From Acidobacteriota bacterium (lineage in GTDB: Bacteria; Acidobacteriota; Vicinamibacteria; Vicinamibacterales; UBA2999), in NCBI GenBank assembly GCA_016184455.1, contig JACPCS010000104.1, positions 13,608-77,607 of the forward strand: 64,000 bases of DNA, read 5' to 3'. The notes under the pieces are model-generated. The model ran no database searches, was not told the origin of the DNA, and saw only the letters and a list, made by a program, of their open reading frames with translations. The position numbers and the translations under genes are program-made. The stretch's first letter is position 1; each line of letters opens with the position of its first letter. Below are positions 7,933 through 16,435 of the stretch, piece by piece.

Positions 7933-8002
7933 GCCCAACACGCGAATGGAGCCGACGCGCCGCTGAATCGTAACGGCGCGCGGCTCATTCGCAACCGGAT
8001 AC
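7933..8002 (+). repeat. attC-2 with a degenerate R' box
   Basis: R'' GCCCAAC at 7933-7939. L'' GAATGGAGCCGACGCGCC pairs with L' GGCGCGCGGCTCATTC. At the position where the other sites carry GTTRRRY it reads CGGATAC (7996-8002). Confidence 0.65.
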
Positions 8003-8109
8003 AAGCATGCGCGACCTTTGGTACGCAGACAACCGGGGCGCGTCATACCCTTCAGGTCCTGTACTATCAACCCACCGAGTGGGCTGACCTCGAAATCGAC
8101 GGCGAGCAC

Positions 8110-8871
8110 GTGCCACTGCCTGAGAGCGTCCTGCGGCATTTCCGGCAAGCTACGGCGATTTGCAGTCTTCAGTGTCCAGCAAGAGTAGAAGTGGTTCAGG
8201 ACCGATTCGTTGACCGCACCGCCTACCTCGAAATCGTTCAACAACGAATCCGAGCCCGCACGGAATCACCCGGCATTGTCTTTCTCGATCCCGATACAGG
8301 TCTTGAGCCAGGAACACCTGGCCTCGAACACGTACTGGGCTCGGAACTCGCAGCAATCTGGGACGTGATGCCAGAAGGCGACTTGCTGGTCTTCTATCAG
8401 CACCAGACCAACAGAAACAATAATCCCTGGGTTGAGCCGAAGAAGGCGCAGTTCGAACGCGCGCTCAACCTGCCGGTGGGCACAGCAAGACTCGCGCGCG
8501 CCCAGCGAATCGCCTCCGATGTAGCTTTCTTCTTCGCTCAAAAGAGGGGGCAGCGTGTGCCGAGGCGCTCGGTCGAACAGGCGCCTCGCAATCTCAAGGT
8601 GACCTCCGCCTTGCAGGAAGTTCTCGACTGCCTCAACCGGACCAGAACTCGCGCGACCTATGGTGCCGTGGCCGAAGTCATCGGAGGCTTGGCTCGGGGG
8701 GTTGGTCAGCGTTTGGGTGCTCGCCGTCCAGAAGCCTCATGGATTGTCAGCGGCGCGTCCGGGCTCCCGTCCGGTTACGCACCTCGCGAAATGCACCCAG
8801 ACTTGGGTGGGTCACCCTTGGTGCGCACGGGGGCTGAGTTGCGTGCGCTGCTCAAACGACGAACCGGCTAA
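8110..8871 (+). CDS. Cassette 3 protein: unknown N-terminal domain fused to an MGMT/ATL-like DNA-binding domain that has no active-site Cys
   Basis: The N-terminal half contains IVFLDPDTGLEP...LLVFYQHQ, a family I cannot name. The C-terminal TYGAVAEVIGGLARGVGQRLG...ASWIVSGASGLPSGY resembles the MGMT DNA_binding_1 fold with PCHR replaced. The frame is open from 7921 and the 8110 start is a GTG. An ATG at 8006, right after attC-2, is in another frame, so a 5' frameshift is possible. Confidence 0.55.
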   Translation: MPLPESVLRHFRQATAICSLQCPARVEVVQDRFVDRTAYLEIVQQRIRARTESPGIVFLDPDTGLEPGTPGLEHVLGSELAAIWDVMPEGDLLVFYQHQTNRNNNPWVEPKKAQFERALNLPVGTARLARAQRIASDVAFFFAQKRGQRVPRRSVEQAPRNLKVTSALQEVLDCLNRTRTRATYGAVAEVIGGLARGVGQRLGARRPEASWIVSGASGLPSGYAPREMHPDLGGSPLVRTGAELRALLKRRTG

Positions 8872-8950
8872 CCTCCAAATGGAGCCGACGCGCCCAACGG
8901 TCTGTGCGATCATGTCGCCGCGGCGCGCGGCTCATTTGCAACGTCTAGGC
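8866..8950 (+). repeat. attC-3
   Basis: R'' GGCTAAC at 8866-8872 contains the TAA stop. L'' CAAATGGAGCCGACGCGCC pairs with L' GGCGCGCGGCTCATTTG. R'-like GTCTAGGC at 8943-8950. Confidence 0.7.
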
Positions 8951-8982
8951 AGCGGCGAATTCACGATCCGGGAGGGAGCAAC

Positions 8983-9639
8983 ATGCGTTATTTCATCGGA
9001 ATCATGCTCGGCGTCGTCCTGATCGCGCCGTTCGCGCTGGCGCAGCAGCCCCGTCGCTATGAATACCTGGCTCAGGCAACCCAGCGCATCATCGCGGCTT
9101 CGGAGGCTACGGCTGATCCGACACCAGCCGCCGTGGAGACAGCGGCGGCGGCGGGGTGTGGCGCGCTGGGACGCCTCCTTGAAGATTCTGCTTTTCGGGC
9201 CGACCTTGACCGACTCTCCAAGATGCCAAGATCCGTTCGCGAGCGCGCTGAGCTTAAGCGGGATCTTTCGCTCTTCATTTCTGCCTTCATGCGCTGGGAA
9301 CAGAAGACCCTGCAGGACGCTGGGCTCGATGCCAGGTCATCCGAGTCGGTGTTGTGGGCTGTCGTATCCCTTCGCACTGCGGCCGACAGAGACCTTAGCC
9401 CAGACGATGTGATGGGGGGAATTCGATCTCTCCGCATGGAATTGTGCGGGGCTGCGAAAGAGGCCCAAGCCGCGCGAACGGGCCAAGAACGACGGAGAAT
9501 GCTCGCCACATGGGGCGCCAGAATCGGAGGCGCTCTGGTGATAGCGGCGAACGGCGCATTCGCTAGCCCGTCCGGCGGTTTCGCATTGGCGTCAGTCGGC
9601 ATCGGAGCGGGAGTCATGGGCATCAGTTTCAATCAATGA
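8983..9639 (+). CDS. Cassette 4: secreted or membrane-anchored protein of unknown function
   Basis: A GGGAGGGAG Shine-Dalgarno sequence precedes the ATG. The signal peptide is MRYFIGIMLGVVLIAPFALAQQ. The C-terminal tail IGGALVIAANGAFASPSGGFALASVGIGAGVMGI is Gly/Ala-rich and hydrophobic. I recognise no family. Confidence 0.6.
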   Translation: MRYFIGIMLGVVLIAPFALAQQPRRYEYLAQATQRIIAASEATADPTPAAVETAAAAGCGALGRLLEDSAFRADLDRLSKMPRSVRERAELKRDLSLFISAFMRWEQKTLQDAGLDARSSESVLWAVVSLRTAADRDLSPDDVMGGIRSLRMELCGAAKEAQAARTGQERRRMLATWGARIGGALVIAANGAFASPSGGFALASVGIGAGVMGISFNQ

Positions 9640-9664
9640 TTCGTTCTTCAAGAAGTGCCGGCGC

Positions 9665-9737
9665 TGCCAACACGCGTTGCACCAGACGGCCGCTGGTGCG
9701 ATCCTACGCGGCCGCGGGTGAACGCTGGCCGTTGCCG
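9665..9737 (+). repeat. attC-4
   Basis: R'' TGCCAAC at 9665-9671. GCGTTGCACCAGACGGCCGC pairs imperfectly with GCGGCCGCGGGTGAACGC. R' GTTGCCG at 9731-9737. Confidence 0.7.
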
Positions 9738-9748
9738 GACAGAAGAAC

Positions 9749-10189
9749 ATGGGCGAACTTGAAGGCATTGGAAAACAGTTGCTCGAATTGGCGGCGGGGT
9801 CGCTGTTCGCGCCGGACGGTCCTTCGGTTACTTACAGCTTTGGTTCTGGTGCAGGGACAGCTCGAATCGACGGTACCGTCGCCGGCGTCGTCGCCGGTGA
9901 GGTCGAGTCTCGCGTTCCCAAGCAGGTTCGAGGAGCACTTCTTGACTTGATCCTTCATCCTTATCCTTCGAAGCTGCTTCTTCTGCTCCCCGTGTACACG
10001 GGCAACCCGAACACCGCGGTCCGCCAAGCCGAGATCATCCTCGGGCGTTTCTTGCAACCTGCGTGCTTTCGGGTCGTGGTGATCACGGAGTCGGTGGATG
10101 AATCCGTCGTCGCAATTCGGCGTGCGCTGGTCGAACTCGGTGTGGACCTCGTTGCCGTTACTCCGGCGGAATCACAGCCCGGGACATGA
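9749..10189 (+). CDS. Cassette 5 gene A: unknown 146-aa protein (possible PD-(D/E)XK-like motif)
   Basis: The ATG lies 11 nt after the attC-4 R' box. The motif IDGTVAGVVAGEVESRVPKQVRGALLDLILHP is reminiscent of D...ExE..K nuclease cores, but this is weak. Its stop overlaps the start of the next ORF. Confidence 0.5.
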   Translation: MGELEGIGKQLLELAAGSLFAPDGPSVTYSFGSGAGTARIDGTVAGVVAGEVESRVPKQVRGALLDLILHPYPSKLLLLLPVYTGNPNTAVRQAEIILGRFLQPACFRVVVITESVDESVVAIRRALVELGVDLVAVTPAESQPGT

Positions 10190-10581
10190 CGTGGACGCCA
10201 TCATCATTCCTTGCATTCAGGAAAAGATCTGGGATTCTCAGCCCGATCTCGGTGCTGTCGTCGCCAAGGATGCCTACACCAAACCCCGTGTTTCGAGCTT
10301 GGCGCTCATACGCCGAGCAGTCAGGTTGCCCGTGGTTCATCCTCAGCACGAAGTACGGCCTCATCAGGCCGGACCAGCTCATCGAGAGGTACAACATTCC
10401 GATCTCGGCTGCGGTTCGTGATCCCGCGCTGTCGTCCCGACTTGAGAGCCAAGGTCGCGATCTGGGCCTTGGCTCGTTCGACCGGATCGTCCTGCTCGAT
10501 TGGGAGCGCTTCAAGCCGCACGTTCGAGCTGCCACGCGGAACTTGGCCGTGAAGTGTGTACTCCGAAGAATCCAGTACTGA
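10186..10581 (+). CDS. Cassette 5 gene B: DUF6884-like protein; the N-terminus is probably encoded in another frame (frameshift near 10285)
   Basis: VFRAWRSYAEQSGCPWFILSTKYGLIRPDQLIERYN fits DUF6884. The expected N-terminus VDAIIIPCIQEKIWDSQPDLGAVVAKDAYTKP is in the frame starting at GTG 10191. The two frames meet at an AAACCCC run. Confidence 0.55.
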   Translation: MTWTPSSFLAFRKRSGILSPISVLSSPRMPTPNPVFRAWRSYAEQSGCPWFILSTKYGLIRPDQLIERYNIPISAAVRDPALSSRLESQGRDLGLGSFDRIVLLDWERFKPHVRAATRNLAVKCVLRRIQY

Positions 10582-10599
10582 TCGGAATCGCTGAATGCT

Positions 10600-10669
10600 G
10601 GCTAACCGCTTGCAGCCGGCGGCGGCCGGTGAAATCATGAGCCGCCGCGGCTGAAGCGGCGCGTTATAC
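10600..10669 (+). repeat. attC-5 (last site of the array)
   Basis: R'' GGCTAAC at 10600-10606. CGCTTGCAGCCGGCGGCGGC pairs with GCCGCCGCGGCTGAAGCG. R' GTTATAC at 10663-10669. Confidence 0.7.
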
Positions 10670-10694
10670 GGACGGCGCCCGGCTCGGGCGTTCG

Positions 10695-11879
10695 ATGATG
10701 AACCGCCGCCAGTTTCTCCAGACCGCCGCCGCGGGCGTGGCGACGCTTGCCCGGCCGGCGCACCTGTCGGCAGCACAGTACGACCTGATCATCCGCGGAG
10801 GGCGCGTGATCGACCCCTCGCTCCGGCTCGACGCGATCCGCGACGTGGCGATCGCGGGCGGCCGCATCGCCGCCGTCGAGGCGAATCTCGCCGCGGAGGC
10901 CGCGGAGGTGATCGACGCGCGCGGCCGGCTCGTCGTCCCCGGCCTGCTCGACATCCACACGCACTACGCGCGCGAAAAAGAAGGGCCCGCCGTCGGCCTC
11001 TCCGACGGCGTGACGGGCTGGATCGACGCGGGATCGCAGGGTGCCGATCGCATCGCCGAGATGGTCGCCATCGCGCGCTCGGCGCCGCAGCCTGGACGGG
11101 TGCTCATCAACATCGGCCGCGCGGGCATCCTGCCCGAGGGCGACACGATGGACCTCACGCTCGCTGACGTGGCCGCCGCGAAGGCGGCGATCGCGCGCCA
11201 TCGCGACTTCATTGTCGGCGTGAAGGCCCGGCTGTCGAACAACGTCGCCGGCGCCAACGACGTCGAGGTCCTGCGGCGCGCGCAGGAGGTGGCGTCGGCG
11301 TTCGGCCTGCCCGTGATGATCCACATGGGCCAGACGGTGTCGCCGATGTCGAAGCTCCTCCCGCTCCTCAAGCGCGGCGACATCGTGACGCACATGTACG
11401 CGCCGCCGCCGAACAGCATCATCGACGATGGTGGCCGCATTCTGCCGGAGGTGTTGGCGGCACGAACGCGCGGCGTCTGGTTCGACGTCGCGAACGGCCG
11501 CAACGGCCACATCCGCTGGGACACGGTCGATCGGATCGTGAAGACCGGTTTCTGGCCTGACACGCTGTCGACCGACGGGAACTCGATGAGCCGGACGACC
11601 GGCGTGATCGATTTTCCGAACGTCATGTCGAAGTTCCTGATGGTCGGCATGCCGCTGTCGCAGGTGATCGCGTGCGCCACGGTGAACCCTTCGCGCGTCT
11701 TCCCGCTCTTCCACGATCGCGGAACGCTGAAGGTGGGCGCGCCGGCGGACGTGGCGATTCTCGAGCTGCGGCAGGGAACGTTCGACTTCCTGGACAACTA
11801 CAACAACACCCGCACGGGAACCGAGCGCCTGTTTCCGAGCGCCACGCTGCTCGGCGGCAAGCGGGCGGCGCGCACGTGA
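10695..11879 (+). CDS. Amidohydrolase/deacetylase-family metallohydrolase with a Tat-type signal
   Basis: The signal is MMNRRQFLQTAAAGVATLARPAHL. Family motifs are present: DLIIRGGRVIDP, VVPGLLDIHTHY, and a C-terminal GTLKVGAPADVAILE. Confidence 0.8.
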   Translation: MMNRRQFLQTAAAGVATLARPAHLSAAQYDLIIRGGRVIDPSLRLDAIRDVAIAGGRIAAVEANLAAEAAEVIDARGRLVVPGLLDIHTHYAREKEGPAVGLSDGVTGWIDAGSQGADRIAEMVAIARSAPQPGRVLINIGRAGILPEGDTMDLTLADVAAAKAAIARHRDFIVGVKARLSNNVAGANDVEVLRRAQEVASAFGLPVMIHMGQTVSPMSKLLPLLKRGDIVTHMYAPPPNSIIDDGGRILPEVLAARTRGVWFDVANGRNGHIRWDTVDRIVKTGFWPDTLSTDGNSMSRTTGVIDFPNVMSKFLMVGMPLSQVIACATVNPSRVFPLFHDRGTLKVGAPADVAILELRQGTFDFLDNYNNTRTGTERLFPSATLLGGKRAART

Positions 11880-12605
11880 TCAGTTCCTCCGTTGAAGGAC
11901 GTCCACTCGCAGACCAGCGATCGTCAGAAACCCGCGGCGGTCGACGTTGGTCGAGTGGGACTCGAGATCGACGCTGATCACCGCGCTGCCGGTGCCACTC
12001 GGCGTCAGAACCCGGATCCAGCTTTCGCTGGCCGCCGCGGTCCATGGGCACGTGTCGGAAGTCATCAGCGTGATCCGCACGTTCCCACCACCGGCTGCCT
12101 GGTCGAGGCTCGTCGGATTGACCATGTAGGAGCAGATGAACCTGTTCTGCGTCACGCGGTACGGCACGCCGTTCACGATCACCGTCGCCGTGCGGGCATC
12201 GTCGGGCCTGGTGTTCTGTTCAACCGTCAAGGTCAGCGTCGCGTTCCCCCGACCGGACCCCGGCGCCACGTCTGCCCACAAGGCATCCGACTGCGCTCTC
12301 CAGTCGCAGGACGACGCGATCGCGATCGAAAACGAATAGCGGGCGGCGTCGGCGGGCACTGACGCGGGCAGGCCCGTTACGCTGGCGGAGCAGCTGGTCG
12401 GACTGGGAGCGGGCGGTGTCGGACTCGGAGCGGGCGTCTCCGGGGGCGCAGGAGACGGCGGTGGAGACGCCGGCGTGGGCGACGGGGCCGCGGGAACGTC
12501 GGCTGAACCGCCGCACGCGGCAACGACGACGCATAGGGTGACCGGTGCCAGTCGCAAGGCGAAGCGTCGCAGCATACGGGCGCGGGTGTGCATGCGCCTT
12601 ACCAA
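11880..12605 (-). CDS. Lipoprotein with a Pro-rich linker and two BACON/Ig-like repeats
   Basis: The lipobox is VVVAAC. A PSPTPASPPPSPAPPETPAPSPTPPAPSPT linker follows. Two repeats follow the pattern C..W.A.S...W (SCDWRAQSDALWADV / TCPWTAAASESWIRV). Confidence 0.65.
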   Translation of the reverse strand: MVRRMHTRARMLRRFALRLAPVTLCVVVAACGGSADVPAAPSPTPASPPPSPAPPETPAPSPTPPAPSPTSCSASVTGLPASVPADAARYSFSIAIASSCDWRAQSDALWADVAPGSGRGNATLTLTVEQNTRPDDARTATVIVNGVPYRVTQNRFICSYMVNPTSLDQAAGGGNVRITLMTSDTCPWTAAASESWIRVLTPSGTGSAVISVDLESHSTNVDRRGFLTIAGLRVDVLQRRN

Positions 12606-12838
12606 TGCTGGCCCCGGCGGATGCGGTGGCGGTCTGGCGAATCAACTGGCCTGAGTTCAGAGGCTTACAGGATGCGGCCGGTCGCGGATCCCAACGAGCG
12701 GTGCCGACCGACATTGCGAGACCGTCGGTTCTCGCGACATTTTTCGAGTTCGATTCTTCCCACCGAGCGAGCTCAGTTGCTCAGCCTGACATTCTCGAGC
12801 TGCGGCAGGGGGCGGCAGCGGGTCCGCTCACCCGATCG

Positions 12839-13951
12839 TCACTGGCGCCGCTGAAACCTCGGCCATGTCCGGACGTAGCGCATGACGTTGCGCTGCTGGA
12901 CCTCCGCCCCGTAGATGATGCCGTCGCGGTCGGCCGCCACGCCTTCCGCGGCGCTCGTCGTCCGGGAGACCTGATTCGGGTCCGGAATGAAGAAGCGGAC
13001 CGAGCCGTCGCGCGCGCTCCCGATCCGGATGCCGCGCTTCCAGCCCGCATTGTTCTTCGCGTTGTCCGGCCCGGTGTCGGACTCCGAGTCGGCCACGTAC
13101 ATGGTGTCGCTGCGGTCGATGTAGATGCCGCTCGGCCGGCCGAACTGCGACCACGACTCGAGGAACCTGCCGTCCTGCGTATAGATCTGAATGCGGTTGT
13201 TGTCGCGGTCGCCGATGAACAGCCGCCCTCGCGAGTCGATCGCGAGCGCGTGCAGGCTGGAGAACTCGCCGGTCCCTGGCGCGCCGGTACCGCGTCTCCC
13301 CCACTCCATGAGGTACCGGCCGTTCCGGTCGAATTTCACGATGCGCTCATTCGTCCCCTCGGCGTGGCCATCGGACACGAAGATGTCGCCGTTGTTGCCG
13401 ACGACGACGTCGGAAGGTGCGCTGAAGGTGGTGGGACCCTTGCCAGTCACGCCGGCCGTGCCGAGCCGCATCAGCTCCTTCCCTTCGGGGCTGAACTTGA
13501 TCACCTGCTGCCCCCTGCCGGGCGCGCCCTGCCCGCGGCCGTCCGGGAGCACCATGTCGGTCACCCAGACGTTGCCCTCGCGGTCGACGTGGATGCCATG
13601 CGGAAACACGAACACCCCTTTGCCGAAGCTGCGCAACAGCCGGCCGTTGGTGTCGAACTTCAGGATCGGATCGAGATCGGAGCCGACGCAGGAGTTCGAG
13701 CCGCAGCGATCGATGGCCCAGACGCTCCTGCCGTCTGGATCGATGTCGATGCCGGCCGTCGCGCCCCATTTGCGGCCGCCGGGGAACTGCGCCCAGCCGT
13801 TGATCGATTGATAGGGGTTCGGGAGGTCATTGACCGGGCCGCTCCTCTGCGCGAGGACGTCGACGGCGAGGACCGCCACGAGCGTCGCGATCACGGGTCC
13901 GGCTAAAGCCGGACGCCACGTACCGAGAGCCGGACGCCACGTACTGATCAT
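12839..13951 (-). CDS. NHL-repeat six-bladed beta-propeller protein (secreted)
   Basis: Repeated blocks FPHGIHVDREGNVWVTD, PSDVVVGNNGDIFVSD, LHALAIDSRGRLFIGDRDNNRIQIY, PSGIYIDRSDTMYVADS. The N-terminus is hydrophobic. The start codon is uncertain. Confidence 0.75.
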   Translation of the reverse strand: MISTWRPALGTWRPALAGPVIATLVAVLAVDVLAQRSGPVNDLPNPYQSINGWAQFPGGRKWGATAGIDIDPDGRSVWAIDRCGSNSCVGSDLDPILKFDTNGRLLRSFGKGVFVFPHGIHVDREGNVWVTDMVLPDGRGQGAPGRGQQVIKFSPEGKELMRLGTAGVTGKGPTTFSAPSDVVVGNNGDIFVSDGHAEGTNERIVKFDRNGRYLMEWGRRGTGAPGTGEFSSLHALAIDSRGRLFIGDRDNNRIQIYTQDGRFLESWSQFGRPSGIYIDRSDTMYVADSESDTGPDNAKNNAGWKRGIRIGSARDGSVRFFIPDPNQVSRTTSAAEGVAADRDGIIYGAEVQQRNVMRYVRTWPRFQRRQ

Positions 13952-13957
13952 GATCCC

Positions 13958-16262
13958 TCAGTCGACGCGCCTGATCGTCACCGCCGCCCTGCCGTGGTTG
14001 TTCGAATACAGGGTACTCCACGCGAAGGGCACCAGCGCGTCGTTGACGAAGAGGAAGAGCTCACCGGTCTTGCGCGCCGTGAAGGTCGTTGGCCCGGCAC
14101 TGAGCGGAATCTGCTCCACGCCGCCCTCTCCGACGCGTGCCACGACGCCGAACCAGTCGGCGCGCCAGAGGCGTTTGAACGGCGAGGCGACGGCAAACAC
14201 CACGTGCTGCACCCACGTCAGCTAACATCGCTGACAGTTCGTACCGCGCCCCTCGTTCCACCTGAACGCCTGTCGGCGCACAGAACGCCGACGTGTCGAA
14301 GGGGACCGACCTGCCAGCGGGTCCGACAGGGGACGCCGGCCCACGCGCCGCGCAGGTCGCGCCTGCCACGTTGAACACTTCGAACACGGCGCGATTGAGG
14401 GTGGCCAGCAGGCAGAGGAGCACCAGCGGGCCGAACGTGTTCGGCACCACACTGCGGCGGAAGACGGCAAACACGCCGTGGTAATGGCGCCATTCTCTGA
14501 TCCGGTACGCAAGACCGCGGCGCACGGGCAGCTGCAGGCTCTGCTGCTGGTGCGTCACCCAGCGCCAGATCGTGTGCATGCGATCGCCGATGCGCGACCG
14601 GAGCTTCCGTCCCCACACGAAGATCGAGCCGAGCGCCGTCAGAAAGATCGCCAGCTCCCAGGGCGCCGCAGCGTAGTAGTTCAGCCACGGCGACGCCGCG
14701 TCCGGCAGGAAGCCGCGGATGAAACCAACCAGCGGGAGACCGCCGCCTCTGGCGGCAATGTCGGCCGTCGCCTCCGCCCCGTCCCGGAGCGGCCGGGCCA
14801 CAAAGGCCGCCGTAACCGCCACGCCGGCGAGGTACGCGATGCGACGCCACCACACCAGGTCCCAGACGGCCTCCTGCGCACGAAAGCGCGTCGCGCTCTC
14901 CTGCGGCTTCTCGTAGAGATTGGACGCGCCATCGACGATGCCGCCGTTGTTCATGACGACGGCGTAGGTCTCGGGTAATCCAATCGGCGCGTAGAAGTCA
15001 GGCGCCGCTTCGATTCGCTGGAACACGCTTTCGTGGATCTTCGGCCGCGCGATCGTCACCGTGGGTTTGGCCCTCGGCCATGTCCCACTCCGGAACGTCT
15101 GCTCGTGCTTCTGGCCGTTCGTCAGGTGCTGGATGCGCCGAGGGCTGTAGCGGTAGTAGGCAGCGATCCCGCGCCGCGAGTCGTACGCCGCTCCGAGCGG
15201 ATCGCGCCGGTCGGTCCACGACCGGAGCCGATCCGGAAGAAACCGCAGCTGCTTCTTCGTGGCCTCCGTCGCGACCCACTCGAGCGACACGGCCGAGAGC
15301 GCGTCGTTCGGGTACCCCCCGCCGACGTTGGTGTGCACGCCCGCGAACCAGACCTGCGATATCCGCTCGTCTTCGATCCGCGTCTTGTCCTGCGGCTCCT
15401 TCGACTCGTCCCACAACACGGGGTGGAACGTGTGCCGCTCGTCGTCGAGCGACAGCGCGTGACAGGCTTTGCCCACCTTGTCCGACAGCGCGAGCTCGGG
15501 GAGCGACAACGGCCAGATCCAGCGGTTCACGCCTTCGGTCAGCTCGTCGATCGGCAGCCCGTAGGCGTCGACCGTGTCCCACAGGCCGACGAACGTCACG
15601 GGGCGCGCCTTCGTCGCCGGATCCTGCGTGAGCTGGTAATTGGATTTCGGGTCGTACACCGTCCGTTCCTGCCACTCATCGACGAAACCGAACCAGTGGT
15701 CGCGCAGCCAGCGCCCGAAGCCGACGATCGGGAGCGTCTGGTCGAAGTTGTGGCGGAATCGCTGGTAGGCGCGGAGCGACAGACGGCGCAGCTCGCTGCT
15801 CGTCATGGTCGTGCGCGTCGCCGCCGGCTGGACACCGACAACCGCAGCGGATTGGCCGGGGGCGACCGCGGCCGCGCCAACGCCGGCCGCCGTGACGGGC
15901 GCGGGGAACTTGTCCGCGCGCACGCGGATGATGCCCTGGTCGGCGACGAGCGCCACGAGCACACGAATCGTGAAGGCGCCGCGGCTGAACCCGATTGCGT
16001 AGATGCGGTCGCCCGGCTCGTACTGCTCGCACAGGAATCGGTAGAGCCGCAGGACGTTCCGCTTGAGACCGAACCCGAGCGCCCCGCCGGCGAGCGCCAG
16101 CGGCCGGAACACCGACGTCCCGACGCCGTCGTCGTAGCAGGCGACCTGCACGTCCGGATTCGTCAGGTCGAGCGCATCGTAGATGCGCCAGACATTCGTC
16201 TTGAACAGCTTCGCCGCGCTGTTCCCCGTGCCATCCGACAGCAGCACGATGTTCTTGGGCAT
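13958..16262 (-). pseudogene. DUF2235 (Tle1-like alpha/beta hydrolase) protein with TM segments and a C-terminal beta domain; frameshift near 14225
   Basis: MPKNIVLLSDGTGNS...YDDGVGT...IYAIGFSRGAFTIR is the DUF2235 signature. The C-terminal domain FKRLWRADWFGVVARVGE...TGELFLFVNDA...YSNNHGRAAVTI continues in a different frame (ORF 13958-14212). The total length is not a multiple of 3. This could instead be a sequencing indel. Confidence 0.65.
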
Positions 16263-16435
16263 AGGCTCTTTCGGGCGATCAACGACACACCCGGCGCAAC
16301 CGAACAGGGGGGCGTCCACTTTGCCGTACCGTCATGGCCGCCGCGCCGGGAAAACCGCCGGGACCGGCGGCCGGCGCGCAGATTGTGTGCAAAGACGGGC
16401 AGGCTACTTCCGGACGTCGCGCATGACGTTGCGCC

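Larger units (their letters stand above)
854..10669 (+). mobile_element. Degenerate chromosomal integron: disrupted intI followed by a 5-cassette array on the same strand; no attI recognised
   Basis: An IntI-specific insert domain is present in the 854-1672 ORF. Five imperfect-hairpin attC sites each start on or just after an ORF stop codon and end in GTTRRRY-like boxes. Cassette ORFs are short, all on the + strand, and look lower in GC than the flanks. Confidence 0.8.

Noticed and set aside
7097-10669. Repeated GGAGCCGACGCGCC-containing units considered as a CRISPR array or REP elements
   Set aside because: The units are imperfect hairpins of variable length (70-85 bp), and only three share the L-box. 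They are separated by 0.6-0.9 kb segments holding ORFs, and they begin on stop codons. That is attC behaviour, not CRISPR behaviour.
11874-11885. Convergent genes whose stop codons share the palindrome TGATCA with zero spacing
   Set aside because: This is a real observation, but it is most simply a coincidence of two adjacent stop codons. No additional structure or terminator is visible.
12716-12744. Hairpin GCGAGACCGTCGGTTCTCGC followed by TTTTT, which looks like an intrinsic terminator
   Set aside because: It is oriented for the + strand, but the nearest upstream + strand gene ends ~840 nt away. The flanking genes are both on the minus strand. The stem is short and has a mismatch.
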